Assembly: GCF_964194025.1 (NCBI RefSeq)
Contig: NC_134472.1
Span: 52,762,001 to 52,826,000, forward strand
Direction of reading: 5' to 3'
DNA length: 64,000 nucleotides
From: Convolutriloba macropyga
Taxonomy: Eukaryota
Each line of letters opens with the position of its first letter. The first letter of the stretch is position 1. Below are positions 1 to 14,513 of the stretch, piece by piece. The notes beneath the pieces were generated by a model that was not told the origin of the DNA, ran no database searches, and was given only the letters and a program-made list of their open reading frames with translations. A program made the translations under genes and the position numbers.

Positions 1-800
1 ATGATGAAACATAACAGAATGAATAAAATGAAATTAAATTTGTCCAAGTAAGCATTTGTAGGTCTCGACTAATGTTTGGTATGAGTCTCTTACAAGTCTG
101 CGGGTATTTATCTTACCCCAAGAAAATAAAATTTATGTTTTGAAAATATCTCTCATCAAACATGGAGGCTTTGTAATTTAATGTTCCCAAAAATGAGGTA
201 GAAGTACAAAACTTTTGAAAATTCGCAAGCTGTTCAAAAACAATTGTTGAATGATTAAGAACTATCAAACCACTAAGTGAATTGAATAAAGCCGCAATGA
301 GGAAAGAAGAGATCTTAAATTAAGAGGCAAGGTGACAAGACAAAAAGCAAAAAAAAACTTTGAATTTGGGTGTAACATCTACTTTTATCTGAAAAACCTG
401 TAGAAACGAAGTTGAAATATCATCAGATTAATCCTAAACTAAAAAAATGAACCGGATCTTCACTACAGAGCAGATAAAGCTTGTCCTTAAAGAGACCAGA
501 TAATATCTAAAAAGAAGAAGAAAAGGCGGAAAGTTCAAGACCCGATCAAATTATTTGAAACCAAAGAACTTAAACGTTCCCAACAACCATCTGCTTTCAA
601 TTAAAAAAAATTACGTAAAAAACTCATGTAAAAACCATGTAAAAAAACATGTAACTCCTTGCAAAGCCAATGGGCCTGCCACTAGTGAAGTTAAAAAACA
701 AAACCTTAAAATTAGCAACAAGTACCGACAAAACACGGATATTTAAAGCACAATATTGAAACCATTGAAGTAATTAACTTTTAAAGGAATCTTCATTTGA
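1..800 (+). mobile_element. Decayed fragment of a dispersed, unidentified large coding element family
   Basis: Broken reading at 135-210 (CFENISHQT/HGGF/FNVPKNEVEVQ) resembles minus-strand fragments at ~11590-11665 and ~29260-29340. 555-760 resembles the reverse complement of 10680-10860. Frameshifted, no intact ORF. Confidence 0.4.
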
Positions 801-813
801 GCTAGATTTGAAC

Positions 814-980
814 NNNNNNNNNNNNNNNNNNNNNNNNNNNNNNNNNNNNNNNNNNNNNNNNNNNNNNNNNNNNNNNNNNNNNNNNNNNNNNNNNNNNNNN
901 NNNNNNNNNNNNNNNNNNNNNNNNNNNNNNNNNNNNNNNNNNNNNNNNNNNNNNNNNNNNNNNNNNNNNNNNNNNNNNNN
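814..980. other. Assembly gap (167 N)
   Basis: Run of n characters. Confidence 1.
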
Positions 981-3900
981 TTTCAATAACTTGTTTTTAA
1001 CGTGATCGTTTGTCATGAAACCAAAAGAGAAGCATTCATATAAGCATAATTAAAAAAATATGAAAATTTGTATTGTCAGAAACACGAGCCAAAAGCTAAT
1101 TTCTCAACAACCGATAAAAATTGTTTTGGTTTCACTCAAAAGAGGATATGACTTGTCTAAAATGAGACTAAGCTACACTTGACCGCCAAAAGATGCTGAA
1201 AAATCCATAAAATTTTTTTTAAAAATTCACCGCTGTTTTTTTACAAATTTATTGATTGTTATAAGAGCCATTATTTTCAACAAAGCGTTTGTGCAGACCA
1301 CTATTTTGAATTTTAAATTGAAAAAAAAAGTTTTCCATTAATATGACTATGCCACACTTTGACAGAAATATTCAAACTGTGGCGAAGTTCAAAAAGTCGA
1401 TCTTAAGTTTAAAATGACACGTTCGGAGGAGCTGTTATTTATCAACTGAAGCCCTTAAAAAATTTCACTTCCAATGCTTTAGATCGCTTATTGAATCTTT
1501 GCGTATTGAGAATTAGTCATGAGACAAAGAAAAACAATTGCAGTCAAAACTCGAGATTTAATTGGAATTTAGGAAAACAATTGATCGGAGCCACTAAATC
1601 TATAATTTTTTTTTCTAAAAGGATAATATCTGTTCACTGGGCTTCATTTGAGAGTAAATCACGTTAATTAATTTAATCTCTAATTGAAAACGATTTTGTT
1701 TGTAATGGGGACCAAAAATTTGCAGGAAATTGCGCAAAAAATTGCTTGTCTGCTGAAAACAGGTAATTGTTCCAAACCTGTCTTACAAAACCGAATTTGG
1801 CAAAAAATCTTATTATATCTAAAAAAAAGAATGTAGAATTTCTGGTATTGAATTAATTTGGCGGTATACCAAAAGAAATTTAGTACCAGAGGGCTTTCTT
1901 GGGAAGCGGAAATATAAAAGCTCTCATCTCAGTCAACCGATTTTGTTGTGTCACCAATTTTTGTGCCCGATTTCCCGCAAATTTAAGCAAAGCGTGCTAC
2001 AGAAGCGTTTTTGCAACCATTTTAATGGGAAAAGAATGCACTTTTTGAGAAAAGTAGCCCAAATATTAACCAAGAGTTGGATTAAACAAAGCAACCCTGC
2101 TCTATCTTTAAAGCTAAAATCATTAATCGTATAAAAACCTTTTTACAATTTGTAAGCAGTTTAATTTTTTTTTCTAATTTTAACGCAGCTTTGCAAAATT
2201 GAGGAACACAAAATGTGTTTAAAAATGTGCTAAAATGTGTTAAAAAACGACGGAATCAATGAAATGTGAACAGAAATTTAAACCTCGATAGCTCAATTGA
2301 AGAAACTAAATAAAAAAATCCTTTATTATATCTTCTACGCTGGACGAGTTTTCAAATGATACCCCTGCTCGATGAATCTATCGATCAGTCAAAATTGGCT
2401 GAACAAGAAACGCAGTTAAACATATAGTTCTTCAGGTGGGATTGTATTTTTCTGATTTTTAGATTTTCCATATAGTATACTGAGAGTAAGTACTTGCCAT
2501 TGCAAACAGCACACATTATCACTCTCAAGGGTGTGAAGATGTCAATTAATTTTTGTATAATTATTTTCCAAAACATAAGGGTTGGTGCTGACGAAACAGT
2601 TTCCACTTTCTGATATACTTTGTGCAGCGCTATTAGTGAAACTATTAGTGTTTCTGTGGAGAATACCTAGTATAATAATCATGCTTTATGAGAATTATGT
2701 GCAAAATTTTACAATGAAAACACTAAGTCGAGAAATAAACTCTTTCAATAAGAGTATACACAAGTGGTGGTAATTTTTGATAATCACCACTCAGTGACAA
2801 GCAAGAGCCCTCAATCCTATAGAGTGATGTTTTGATTTTTCCTCGACATCTCTCTTCATAAGAACAGTCTTTAGAAGAGTGGGTGGTGCGTTTATGTTTG
2901 AGAAAGGATATTAGCAATCTCCTTCCCATAATGAGATAAATACAAACTACCACCAACACTTTTGCCCTCTTCACAACCTCCCTTTTTAACCTCCTCTCCA
3001 ATTGTGTTCACATATTTTATTCTCCAACTTTTCCTCTCTGTTGTTATTCTCATGATGAAATAATCTCTTCATACATACCATCAATACCACCATTCACTCA
3101 TCGTGTTTTGTTCACCCAGCTGCGCTATTGTTTTTATTATGTGAGAAGGCTCATTTGGCATACTTAATCAAATAACCGAATTTTCCAACATTGTGAGTTT
3201 AAGAGTTTAAGAATTGTTCAAATCTGAAACGAGGACATTAAGACATACAATTTTCTATTGTAGATGAGCTAAGGTGAGGCATCGAAGCGAAGTTTAGAGT
3301 ACCTGTATTCCTCCTGTGAAAGTCCATAACCCAAAAATATTTTTAATTCAAGTTACGATGGTTGCGTTTCTTATGCTCATTGTTTACATAACGTTTTTCA
3401 GTTTTTTTGTTAATTTCTGAAATTGTGATTGCACGTCCTTAGTTCTAAATTATCTTGTTTTTCCGAGAAAATCTTTGCAAAATTTGAATATCCATGAAGG
3501 ACCAAAAAAACAGCTTCGTTTCATCAAGATCATCTTATGATTTCAGAGTATCAAAAATTGCCACGAGTTATTTCACTGTATCGGCGTAATAATCATAGAC
3601 CATTTGATACGAAACGCCTAAATTTAGAAAGAGCCAGGGAGAGAAATCAAACAATTGTCAAATATCGCAACTGAAGATAACAAACATGTAACACCACAAA
3701 TCATTTCGCAAAGTAAGCCAGCTCAAAATATCAATAATTTCCTCCCATTTAGTTGCCCTCTTTACTCTCAAGCGCCAGTTAGATACATTTTATATGGAAT
3801 TAATGGCAGTATCTTATTCAGAAGGAGCTTAAGAAAAAAATTGATCTTTTGATTAATTCATTTATTGATATTGTTTTCCTGTTTACCTTTTACACAGCTT

Positions 3901-4798
3901 TATTAAGAGGAAAGCTTATTATTATGAAATGGGATATAGCTCTTTTCAAGCTAATTTCAAATTAAACCAATTGTCCATCAAGATACGTAATGTTCTAAAA
4001 AATATTCCCAATTGTTATTTTTGTTAAATATTTGAGATCAAAGCCATAGAGAAGCGAAACTTGATACATCTTGCCAAGACTAGTAAGATATTGGTTTTCT
4101 CGGCAAAACTAGGGATACCTTAGCACGATATTGTAAAAAAGGAACAGTGGATTTTTATGAAAATTGTGGAATAATCAAACAGGGGGATTTGGCTCAGCGC
4201 TTCCCACAAGAATTAATCTACCAAATGATGGTTTTTAATAGCCGCCATCAGCTGCCCAAATGACTAAAAATTAGTCGCTGTCCATTTTACGACTTCTACA
4301 ACCTTATTAATTAGGTAAATTCATTTATTTCACGTAGGATTTTTACGAGTAGACTAAAGTAAGATTTTCAAAGTATTCATCAGACTTATTTATGCAACTT
4401 CCAGACATCTTTTGTCATTTTGCCGTTTTAAGCCTTTTTTAATTAATCTTTTCTCCCGGAACTTTTTTCTGCTTTTTTGGTTCCGCCATTTTGTCTCTTT
4501 TTGATTCTCTGCTTTTTGGTGTGAATTTCAGATGTGTTTTGTGGTATTCTTTTCTCTGCAGATTTTATGAAAAACTTTTCAACACAACTATGAGGTGATA
4601 TTTGAAAGTATGATGAGCTTCTTCTAAATGCAATAAATAGAAACTTTGAAAAAATGCTTCGTTAACCGGTTTTTCTGATTCAGCATGCGAGATTTTTGCA
4701 TACGCAGTAACAAAAAACGAGAACAAAACGGAATGAAGAGCTCTCTGGCTAACCATTGGTGCAGCCTCTATACTTTGAGATTTGCCGTCATAGCTCAT

Positions 4799-6387
4799 AA
4801 CATATTTTGATCCTTATTGGGCTTGATTTTGCTGTACATATCCCTGGTTTTCTTAGTAGTAACCGTTCTTACAGTTTTATCTGTTTTGTTTCGGTTACGA
4901 TAAAATGTATCGTATCTCACTGTATATTCAAGATAACTGCTTTGAACAGAAGCCAAAAAGACATGACCTGTATTTGTTTAGACTAAGCCACAGAAACGAA
5001 ATAAAGTTGAAGAAAACCTAAAAAACAAAGAAGTTGCCTAAACACAAATTATCGAGACATTGAAATCATTTGCTTTTATCTGAATATGGCTTCTCTGATC
5101 TCAATTGTTATTTATATTATTTCGGCAAAAATTATACTTAAGGGTTAAATAAGTTCACTTGTTCCGGATTTGAAAATCATTGGGATCTGTTATTACGCGT
5201 ATATGCTTATCAAACAGAAAAAGAAACACAAATATTGACCACTCAAAAAAATTTCATAAAAAAGCATATCGTCCTCCAAACAAAACATCAGTTAAGACAT
5301 AATATCAATAAACAGGTTAACTTTTGAATTACATGGAATTGATTGGGACCTCTCAGTGATGAGATTAATTTACAAGTTGACGAAAAGAACAACAAAAACA
5401 GAAAACATATTAAAAAATTTTTTTAGATTTAAAAATATCATAAATTTTAAGACTATTCGCTATAAACAGAATGCTTTGAAAACCATCAATCGTTCAATTC
5501 TCAGTTAGTCGCTCTAAACATATTTTGATCCTTATTAGGCTTGATTTTGCTGTACATATCCCTGGTTTTCTTAGTAGTAACCGTTCTTACAGTTTTATCT
5601 GTTTTGTTTCGGTTACGATAAAACGTATCGTATCTCACTGTATATTGAAGATGAATGCTTTGAACAGAAGCCAAAAAGACTTGACCTGTATTTGTTTAGA
5701 CTAAGCCACAGAAACGAAATAAAGTTGAAGAAAACCTAAAAAACAAAACAAGTTGCCTAAACACAAATTATCGAGACATTGAAATCATTTGCTTTTATCT
5801 GAATATGGCTTCTCTGATCTCAATTGTTATTTATATTATTTCGGCAAAAATTATACTTAAGGGTTAAATAAGTTCACTTGTTCCGGATTTGAAAATCATT
5901 GGGATCTGTTATTAAGCGTATATGCTTATCAAACAGAAAAAGAAACACAAATATTGACCACTCAAATAAATTTCATAAAAAAGCATATCGTCCTCCAAAC
6001 AAAACATCAGTTAAGACATAATATCAATAAACACGTTAACTTTTGGATTACATGGAATTGATTGGGACCTCTCAGTGATGAGATTAATTTACAAGTTGAC
6101 GAAAAGAACAACAAAAACAGAAAATATATTAAAAAATTTTTTTAGATTTAAAAATATCATAAATTTTAAGACTATTCGCTATAAACTGAATGCTTTGAAA
6201 ACCATCAATCGTTCAATTCTCAGTTAGTAGCTCTAAACATATTTTGATCCTTATTAGGCTTGATTTTGCTGTACATATCCCTGGTTTTCTTAGTAGTAAC
6301 CGTTCTTACAGTTTTTTCTGTTTTGTTTCAGTTACGATAAAATGTAACGTATCTCCTTGTAGATTCAAGATAACTGCTTTGAACAGA
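4799..6387. repeat. Tandem duplication, ~718-bp unit, ~2.2 copies
   Basis: aacatattttgatccttatt recurs at 4799, 5517 and 6236. The full copies differ by only a handful of substitutions. Confidence 0.95.
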
Positions 6388-7899
6388 TACTTGCAGCAAA
6401 TGTTGTCCAGATTATCGCTTTTACCCTTTGTTATTTTTTTTCTCCGATTTTTTTCTCAGTGAAAATTTGACCAGGTGAGTATTCCTTTTCAGGTGTTTTT
6501 AAGAGGCTACTCCTCCTTCCATTTGTATCATAAATTGCTTTACCTTACGGTCATTTTTCTCGGTTTGCTTAAGTGACGGCTTTCATTTCAGATTGACTCT
6601 ACAATCCGTTCCAATTGAATTTTGAGTTTGTTTAACAATTTTTTCCTACTATATTGATTGCAGTTACTGTGAAACGATGAAAGTCAAAAAAAGTGTGTGA
6701 ACTGATGAAAACATTTCTTGAGTTCAGTGTCTGTTAGAACGTCAGATTTCATACGAACAAATATGGTCAACAGTATGGAACCTACGAAGCTTCATTGTCA
6801 GAGCTGAGTGCTGTAAAATTTTGCAAATTGCAAGAAATTGCACTCAAAGTTACTACTCTTTATGATAGTTCAAGAAATAGCAGAGAAGTCATAGTTTTAC
6901 CACGTTTTAATTCATTTTTTCATTCGGGGCTCAATGATGGGAATCTTCCGACAGTTTGTCAGTTTTATATCCTTCACAGTTTATTTGAATAAAATAATCT
7001 CATGGATCGCATCATTTAGGAATCTTTTTTTTTTCAAATGGAAAATTTTACATAACTCACAAAAAAGAAATTCAAATTTAGGCTAATAAGCGTATGCAAA
7101 GCATAAAATGATCAGAACTTTAAAAATTTATCCCGTAATTTTTCCTCGAGAAATGAAAATATGAAAAATTTAGAAAATCTGAAAACAATAAAAAAAAATC
7201 CTATATAGGTATCATAAGGTTTCTTACTTGATATATGTGAAATTGAGCGTATAATTTTGCTGAGACTTTGGATAAAGAACAGTTTTTATGAGTTGAATAT
7301 TTTTTTAATAACCATTATTTTGTACGGAATCACTTATCATTAAAAAAAAATTAATGAATTTTTAAAAAAAAAATTAGAAATTTTATTTGGGAACATTTGA
7401 AATCATAATCAAACGTAACCAAGAATTTAAAATCAAATTAACTAGTAATAAAAATTGTTTTTTCAGATCAGTAAAATCAGATAACTGAAGTCGAATTTGT
7501 CAAATTCTCTTTCAATTTCGGGGATACGACTGAGACAACTAATTTTCATAATAAAGTTTTAGTTAATTATAAATTCTTAAAATCATTCTGCAAAAATTTT
7601 TCCTCTAAGAGAGCCCTCGTTAATTTATTGATATTATAAATTGTATAGGTTCTGACGATTTTTTGTTTATCAAAAACAAAGGAAAAAATTTGCTCTATTT
7701 TTATTAGCAGACTCTACAAAGAACACTATGAAAAAAAAATTTTGGACAAATTTGAACGAAACAGCTAGGTGACTTCTTGCGAAGTCAGGTAGCACACATT
7801 TTTTTTTCAATTGAAACAAGTTGAGCCAAATGAATTTGTAGGTTCGCAAAGGTGAATCAAATTTCAAAATAATGCACAGAACTCAATTCCGAAGAAATT

Positions 7900-10800
7900 G
7901 TTCCAAAAAATTGACTTGGCGGTTACTTTTGTCAATAGATTTATAAATTTAAACCATGCGTATTTGCCGAAAACACTTAGATAATGGCAACTCAAATGTA
8001 TTCTCTGCATCGTGTAGCTCTAAATTGTCCCTAATCAATTTAGTATTTCTGTTAATTGATGTTTTCTAGTTAATTTTATGTTTTTCACTTTGTTTATAGC
8101 TTTTTTGAATTTAGTTCTGGTAGCACAGTGTTCTATAAAATAAACAGTTGTTTTGAAGAAACTTTTGATTAACAAAGAGCATTTAAATCTTCGTTGAAAA
8201 AAACGTTAATTCTTTTGGGATATCTGAGATACCTTTCCCGAATTGTCAAACTTGAGAACGCTGCACTTCTTCTGTATTAAAAATAGAAAGAACATATTCT
8301 GGAATCAATGAACGATCGTTTTGGGGCAGTTGATTGTTGTTCCGACCCACATGTGGTGGGAGGAACTATATACTCAAATGGGTTTTTTTCAGACAATTTT
8401 GGCCGATCGATATATTCATCGTCGTGAGTTGTGACTGGTATCATTAGCAAGCTCATCCAGCGTAGAATATGGAATTAAAAAAGAATTTTTGATTTTTGTA
8501 TTTTACGGGGAGTTATCGAGGTTTAAACTTTTGAGAAAATTAGAGTGAATTCGGTTCTTTTTTCATTTTCCGTAATTTTTGAACAAATTTTCGTTAATTT
8601 TAAAAAAAACGTGTTAAAATTTTTAAAAACAATGTTATTGGTTTTACGGTTAAGGATAGAGAAGGCTCGCCAACTCGTTTTTATTGAGATTTGGGTTAAT
8701 TTTTCTTCTAAATTTTTCGAATTTGATACTTTTTTCAACTTAAAAAAGGCTTCAAATAAGCTTTTGTTTCCTACTTCGTTTAAATTTGCAGAAAATTGAG
8801 GCTTAACATCTGCTGCCACAACCTTTGAAAACTCCTAAAAAGTTAGTTGTACATTCATTTCCTGTAGGAATCTTTTAGAAATCAATTTTAGCCTTTTTTT
8901 TTGAAAAACAAATCTAAAAATTTTACTACGTGCATGATTTGTTTGTGGTTTATTGAAATATTTTATTTAATAAATGATCTATTTTGCAAACAGATGGACT
9001 AATTACTTGTTTTTTTGGACACTGAGGAAAATCAGGGCTAGGGGTCAACTCATCATGGATTCTTACAATCGATAATTATTCGAGTTATATAGGGCTCGGT
9101 CTTTTTCAAAAATTTTGTCGCAGTTTTGTCTTTTTTGTGTTGATTACTGACATTAAGTATTTCAAATTCCGGCTCAATCAATGACTATTAATCCAATTTA
9201 CAACAAAATAAGATCGGTTGAGAATACAAATTGTCATCAGAGAAAAGCTCATAGTTTTTATGGCTTCGAAAACATTTTTTCGTAAACTTTGAATGATTTT
9301 CTTTTGTTTTGGATTCATTTGTAAAAATTTTGCAGCCCTAGGACTGCATTTTTTTAAATTGAAGATTCAAATGGTCTCGAAGAGCTGCAGGTTAGCCAAT
9401 GCAATGCCTTCAGTTATTATCTATTGCCTCTTTTTACTTTGAATGTTTTTTAAGGGAATGTTAGTGAAGTTTTGAAATTTGTCAATTTTTAATCTTATTT
9501 CTATCCACATGTACCTTAGTCTCAATTTATACAGGGTCAAACTTTTTTCAAGTGGAGAAAAAACTCTGTAGATTGGTTTTATTTTCAAGTATTGTTTTTC
9601 GGCTCGCCTACTACAAAATTTGATGAAAGTTTTGTGAATTTTTGCATGTTTTCCTGCAGTTGAGGTAGTTATTTATTCCCTTTTCAACTAATCATATTAA
9701 ATAAAGCTCCAAGTGGCATTGAAAAAAAAACAAAAAGAATTTTTAATGACATCCGTGAATAGCTGATAGTTTTCACGACTGCGAAGCCGTTCTCTCAACA
9801 TTTCCTGGATTTGTGTCTTTGCCTGTAATTGTGGTTCTTTTCGTTTTCATACGGCAAATCCCGTTCAGATGAAAGCCCCAATTGCTTCTATAGGCGTTTA
9901 AATAAATATATTTACTGATTTTGGATTAGAGCTAAAAGTTTTAATGACTTTCAATTATTTTTCTAATTAAAAATTTTTGTAATTTTTTCAATTTTTGCAT
10001 ATTTTTTTCTATCTTGAGTCGTTAATTGCTCTCTTTCCATATCACACTAAAGATAGTTCCCACTGGTATTGAAAAAACGCGCGAAAGAACCTGTTCAAAG
10101 ACTTTATTTAATAGCCTAAATTTTCAACGGCTGCGCATCCGTGCTCTCACAAAATTTAATAGGTTTTTTTTGTTTTTGCCTCTAAATGTCGTTTTTTTGT
10201 TGTTGTTGGGTATTTTTATAACAATCGCAGGCTTTGAACGCTTCAGAAATACTTGAACTGATTTTGTTTCCTGTTTTCAATTTCTAGTTGACGGTTTTAA
10301 AGACTTTCATTTATTTTCTTTAAAGAAAACAGTTTTGTTATTCCTGTTTTTTTGGTATCTTTGTCGTCAGCAAGTAACTAAGTCTTATTATTGAAAAAAC
10401 TTATCAATTTTAGGTTGCTCCAAACAATATCGTCGCTGTTGTTTATGTTTTGCCAGATGTCCATAGTGTTTAAAAATGTGTTTTCATAAGAATTTTGTGA
10501 ATTTTCGATACGGGTCAATATTTGTGGTTCATTTTTTGTCTTTTTTCACAAAGACGCTTTACCTAGAAGACCCAAATAAAATCAAAAAGGCATAAAGCAA
10601 ATCGTTAAGTTGCATTCGCCAGTTCAAAGTTTTAATGGTTTTCTAATGTATTATAGATATGATGGCTTCAACAATGTAGCTTTAAACAATTGTTTATGAA
10701 ATTTCAAGTTTATCCGTATTTGCTGATTTTTGTTGTTCTATGATTTGGTTTCAGTAATAACAAGCGCAACTGGATTCTTGAGCAGTTGCAACCTAATCTT

Positions 10801-12900
10801 TTTTTGTTTAAAGTTCAAAGTTAAGGTTTGTTGGAACTTCTGAAAATATTTCTTATTAAAAAAGTCAGTTGATTTTTGAGCTTTGTCAATTTTATACTAC
10901 TTCTTTCTATTTTGTAGCTTGGTCTATGTAACGATAGGTCGCATCCTTAAGTAAAGCAAGACACAATCTTTATTATAGTTTTATTTTAAACCAATGGGTT
11001 CTTGGGTTTGGTACAACGCTCTTTATTTAAAAAAATGGGTGATATTTGGATATTAGCTCATTCTGAGTTTTCTTTTTTTTTCCCACATTATCACACTAAT
11101 GGTTTGGCCCAATTGGCACCGTTAATTTGCAGTCGTCCAACATATTACGGATAACGACAAGACTCTCAATAGCTTCACTTATAAATTAGCCTTCCTAATG
11201 AGCCGAGCTGTTACGAAGTAGTTTCATTTCAATAATTTTGAAATTGGTTATTTACAGAATAAAAAGAATTGTATTTTGAACTTGGCCGTTTTGCCCTTTA
11301 TTATCAGCCCGTCACCAAGGTTTTATATCTTATCCAATGGACATCTAATGAAGCAATGAAGCATAGGTTGGTTTGTTTAGATCGGGTTTTATGTGATTCC
11401 TTTTTCAGTTTGTTGTTTTCTGTTTTTTTTTTTTAAATATATTTATCGAGTTTTGGCCGTATGTAATGTTTGCTAGCTTTTGTTTTTGATTGTATCTCTT
11501 CCAATACTCCCATTGATGGCAAGTCTCATTGGCTCTCTAATCCAGCTTTAATTGTTTGCTGAAAGATATGAGAGTTTTTGAACCTTTACTTTCTCTTCCT
11601 CATTTGGTTGACTAATAAATCAAAATGTGGGTGAGCGGAGTTGGAACATCATGTGCGAACGCACATTACCGCTTCTCTTTGTTCTTGTTTAAGATTCAAA
11701 GAGGAGTTACGTTTTCACGTTGTCATTTTTTCTCATCCGTATAATTTGTAGAGAGTTCCAGTGTAGAGAATCTCAAATCAGAAATAGGTCTCATAATATA
11801 TGATATATTTTTGTGAAGGTTTTCAATCTTATCCTCTTGATATCAGAAGCTTCTTATTTTTCGGACTCCTAGATAATTTACAGGTACCAATTCTTGACTT
11901 TCTGTGATCAACTTATATTACACCGGCCCCTTGAAATAAAATGAAATTGTTCTAGTTGTATTCAAACCAAGATCATGTTATAATGTCATCCATGAAAGTT
12001 TTTATTCATTAAAAACTTGCGGCAGTAATTCATGTATTTTCATACATATTCAATAATAAGTTTATTCAAATGCTTTTCATAGATCAAAAATGCTCGTTGT
12101 TATATCAATTTTTAGGTCAACGTTTTCTGGAAATAATTTCCATTGAGTAAAGTAAGGCATTTTTTGTTGAGTGGGGCCTGCAAGGTCTAAATTTGAACGG
12201 GGTGATTAAACGATGTTGTTTAAAGCACTCACCCATATGGGTTTAAAATGATTTTTCGACAGATTTTGAAATTTTTCTACTTTGCTAGTCCAATATTGCT
12301 ACCAGAATGTCATCGAAATAGCACAATATGAGTTGCAATTCGTGACTAGTGCAATTGGTATCAAAACCTACATACTTACATACTATGCTGGACTTTTTAA
12401 CAGGTATATAGGGTCAAGAGTTTCATGTTTTAAACAAAGGCAGATCTTTTGTTTGTGGATAGTTTTAGGAAAGTCTGTCTGGTAAGTTTTCGTTTTATGT
12501 CTATGAAGCACCTATTCTTCATTCGCTTTTTAATATTAAATTAAACTGAGAAGTTTGTCTGGAACTTGCAATTTAACAACAATTCTTGATTGGAGAAATG
12601 ATGACACGGTATCTGTCTGCTGAAAAATGCAGAACTACAAGAGAAATTTTGACTCACACCCACTATTTTTTGTTAAACTTGAACTCATTTCATAGCTTCC
12701 CATTCATCTAGTTTGACTACAGGAATCATATGTTTACAGTTCAACTCAGTTATCCTGTTAAAACTCCAGACTTAGTTCATTTTCTTTTTTTGATGTTGAG
12801 ATCCGCTATTGTCTCTTAAAGATAACAAGTGTAGTTGATACATTTTCGGTAGTGTCTTACGTATTTTAAAAAGATTTGACGCCCGTCTTTTGAAAAGAGT
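7900..12900 (-). mobile_element. Long decayed copy of the dispersed element family (boundaries approximate)
   Basis: Minus-strand coding-like remnants with stops and frameshifts. Local matches to other sites: acaaatattgacc (10513-10525 inverted vs 5228), 11622-11665 vs 29297-29339, and a protein-level resemblance of 8790-8890 to 50095-50185. Confidence 0.45.
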
Positions 12901-14513
12901 TTTTTGTGCATATTGCACAAATGAGAAGGCATTTGAGCACTAGGTGACAAAAAAATGTTGTGACTCTTGATAAAAAAAATTAAATGTTTCTCAAATCAGA
13001 CAGTTCTTTCAGAGTGCTTAAGCAGCTTGAAGCAAAAAATGACATATTGCATTTTAAACAGTGAATATCAGCGGCAATCATCACAAGGCTATTCTCCAAG
13101 AAGAAAAAACAATCGTTATCAAAGTAGCAAAAAATATATAAGTCGAAATGTTGAGGCTCTTACAGTAGATATCCAATCAACTGACAGATGATCATTACAG
13201 ACTAGCGCCCCTACCAAATGAAACTTTACCCATATTAACACAACTTACCCAAAATTGCATAATTCTGAAATTTGTATTTTGTTGAAAAAGATCGTTGAAA
13301 ACTTTGGAATATGGTGCCAGAATTTGCTGACTGAGAGGTGTTGATAAGTTTAGCAAAGTGTGCTAAAAATGAGCCATATTGGTTAATGTTGCAAAACTAC
13401 AGTTGGATAAATAAATGTTTTCATTGACTTTTGAACATTGAAATAATTCATGGCGTGATCTATTTAGCACACTCTGCAAGTTTTAATACGATTTACTTTT
13501 CCTACTTAACACATTGCCTAGTGATATTTTTTGCTACTACAATTTATCTTAAAAAATGCGAAAAAAAGTTTAGAAGCAAGGCTTTTTGATTTTCAGTCCG
13601 AAATTTCAACTCCTGCTCATCCTGGGGAAAGACGTTGTTTTGACGCTCTAGATTCTTTTTTAACAGTCTCTCTCACGCTAAAAGAGTGTTATTTTTCAAC
13701 TTTTTTGAAAATGAAAACACTTGAATTAAAAAAAAATAATGAATAAAAAAGCAGCGATCGATGACTCGTCCAAATTCCAAAGCTTCAATTTACAGTTTAT
13801 GGAAATTCAGTTTTTATTACATATCAAATTCTCGCTGATATCAGAATTGAAAACAAATTCTTTTATCCAAAACAGCTATCAATACGGTTTTACTTTGAAA
13901 GAAAACCAAAAGTTGAAACTACTTGTTTTTTTCCGATGGCTTATTTTGCATTTCTAGACAACTTTTGTGAGTTTGAAAAAGTTCAAAGTTTGATATTGTT
14001 GACCTAGTTAGCTAAACGAAACATTTCAGAACTCAAAATAGAAACTTAAAAAAACAGACGTTATCATGTTTTTTTTTTAAAAAAAGAGAAAAATAATACG
14101 GAATATATTTTTATCTTCAATTTCCTTCTTCTTCTCTCTAAAATGTATAATTTTTTATCAAGATCACTCTTCTGCAACTAATGATCACAATTGATTTGAA
14201 AACATGAAGAAACAAATTCAATGATTATTTTATTTTAACAAATTTAATTAACAGCATTTGAACATCAACAGTTTTCTCTAAACTCCAGAATTCAGTGATT
14301 TTTGTTTACAATTGAAAAAGCATGAAAAATCAAAATTTTCGGACCTATTGTTTCAACCAAAAAAAACTGTTATAAAAGGAATGCTGACAAATTTAATGAG
14401 AATTGAAATCAATATCGAGTGATTTTGAAGCTATCTGAAAGGTTTTTCCCTACCTGACAGCTTCTTTTTGGGGCCAGTCACAGGGCCGTGCTTAGAATTG
14501 ATCGTTTTCGTTG

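Noticed and set aside
774-1016. ORFs spanning the N run
   Set aside because: Artefacts of the assembly gap.
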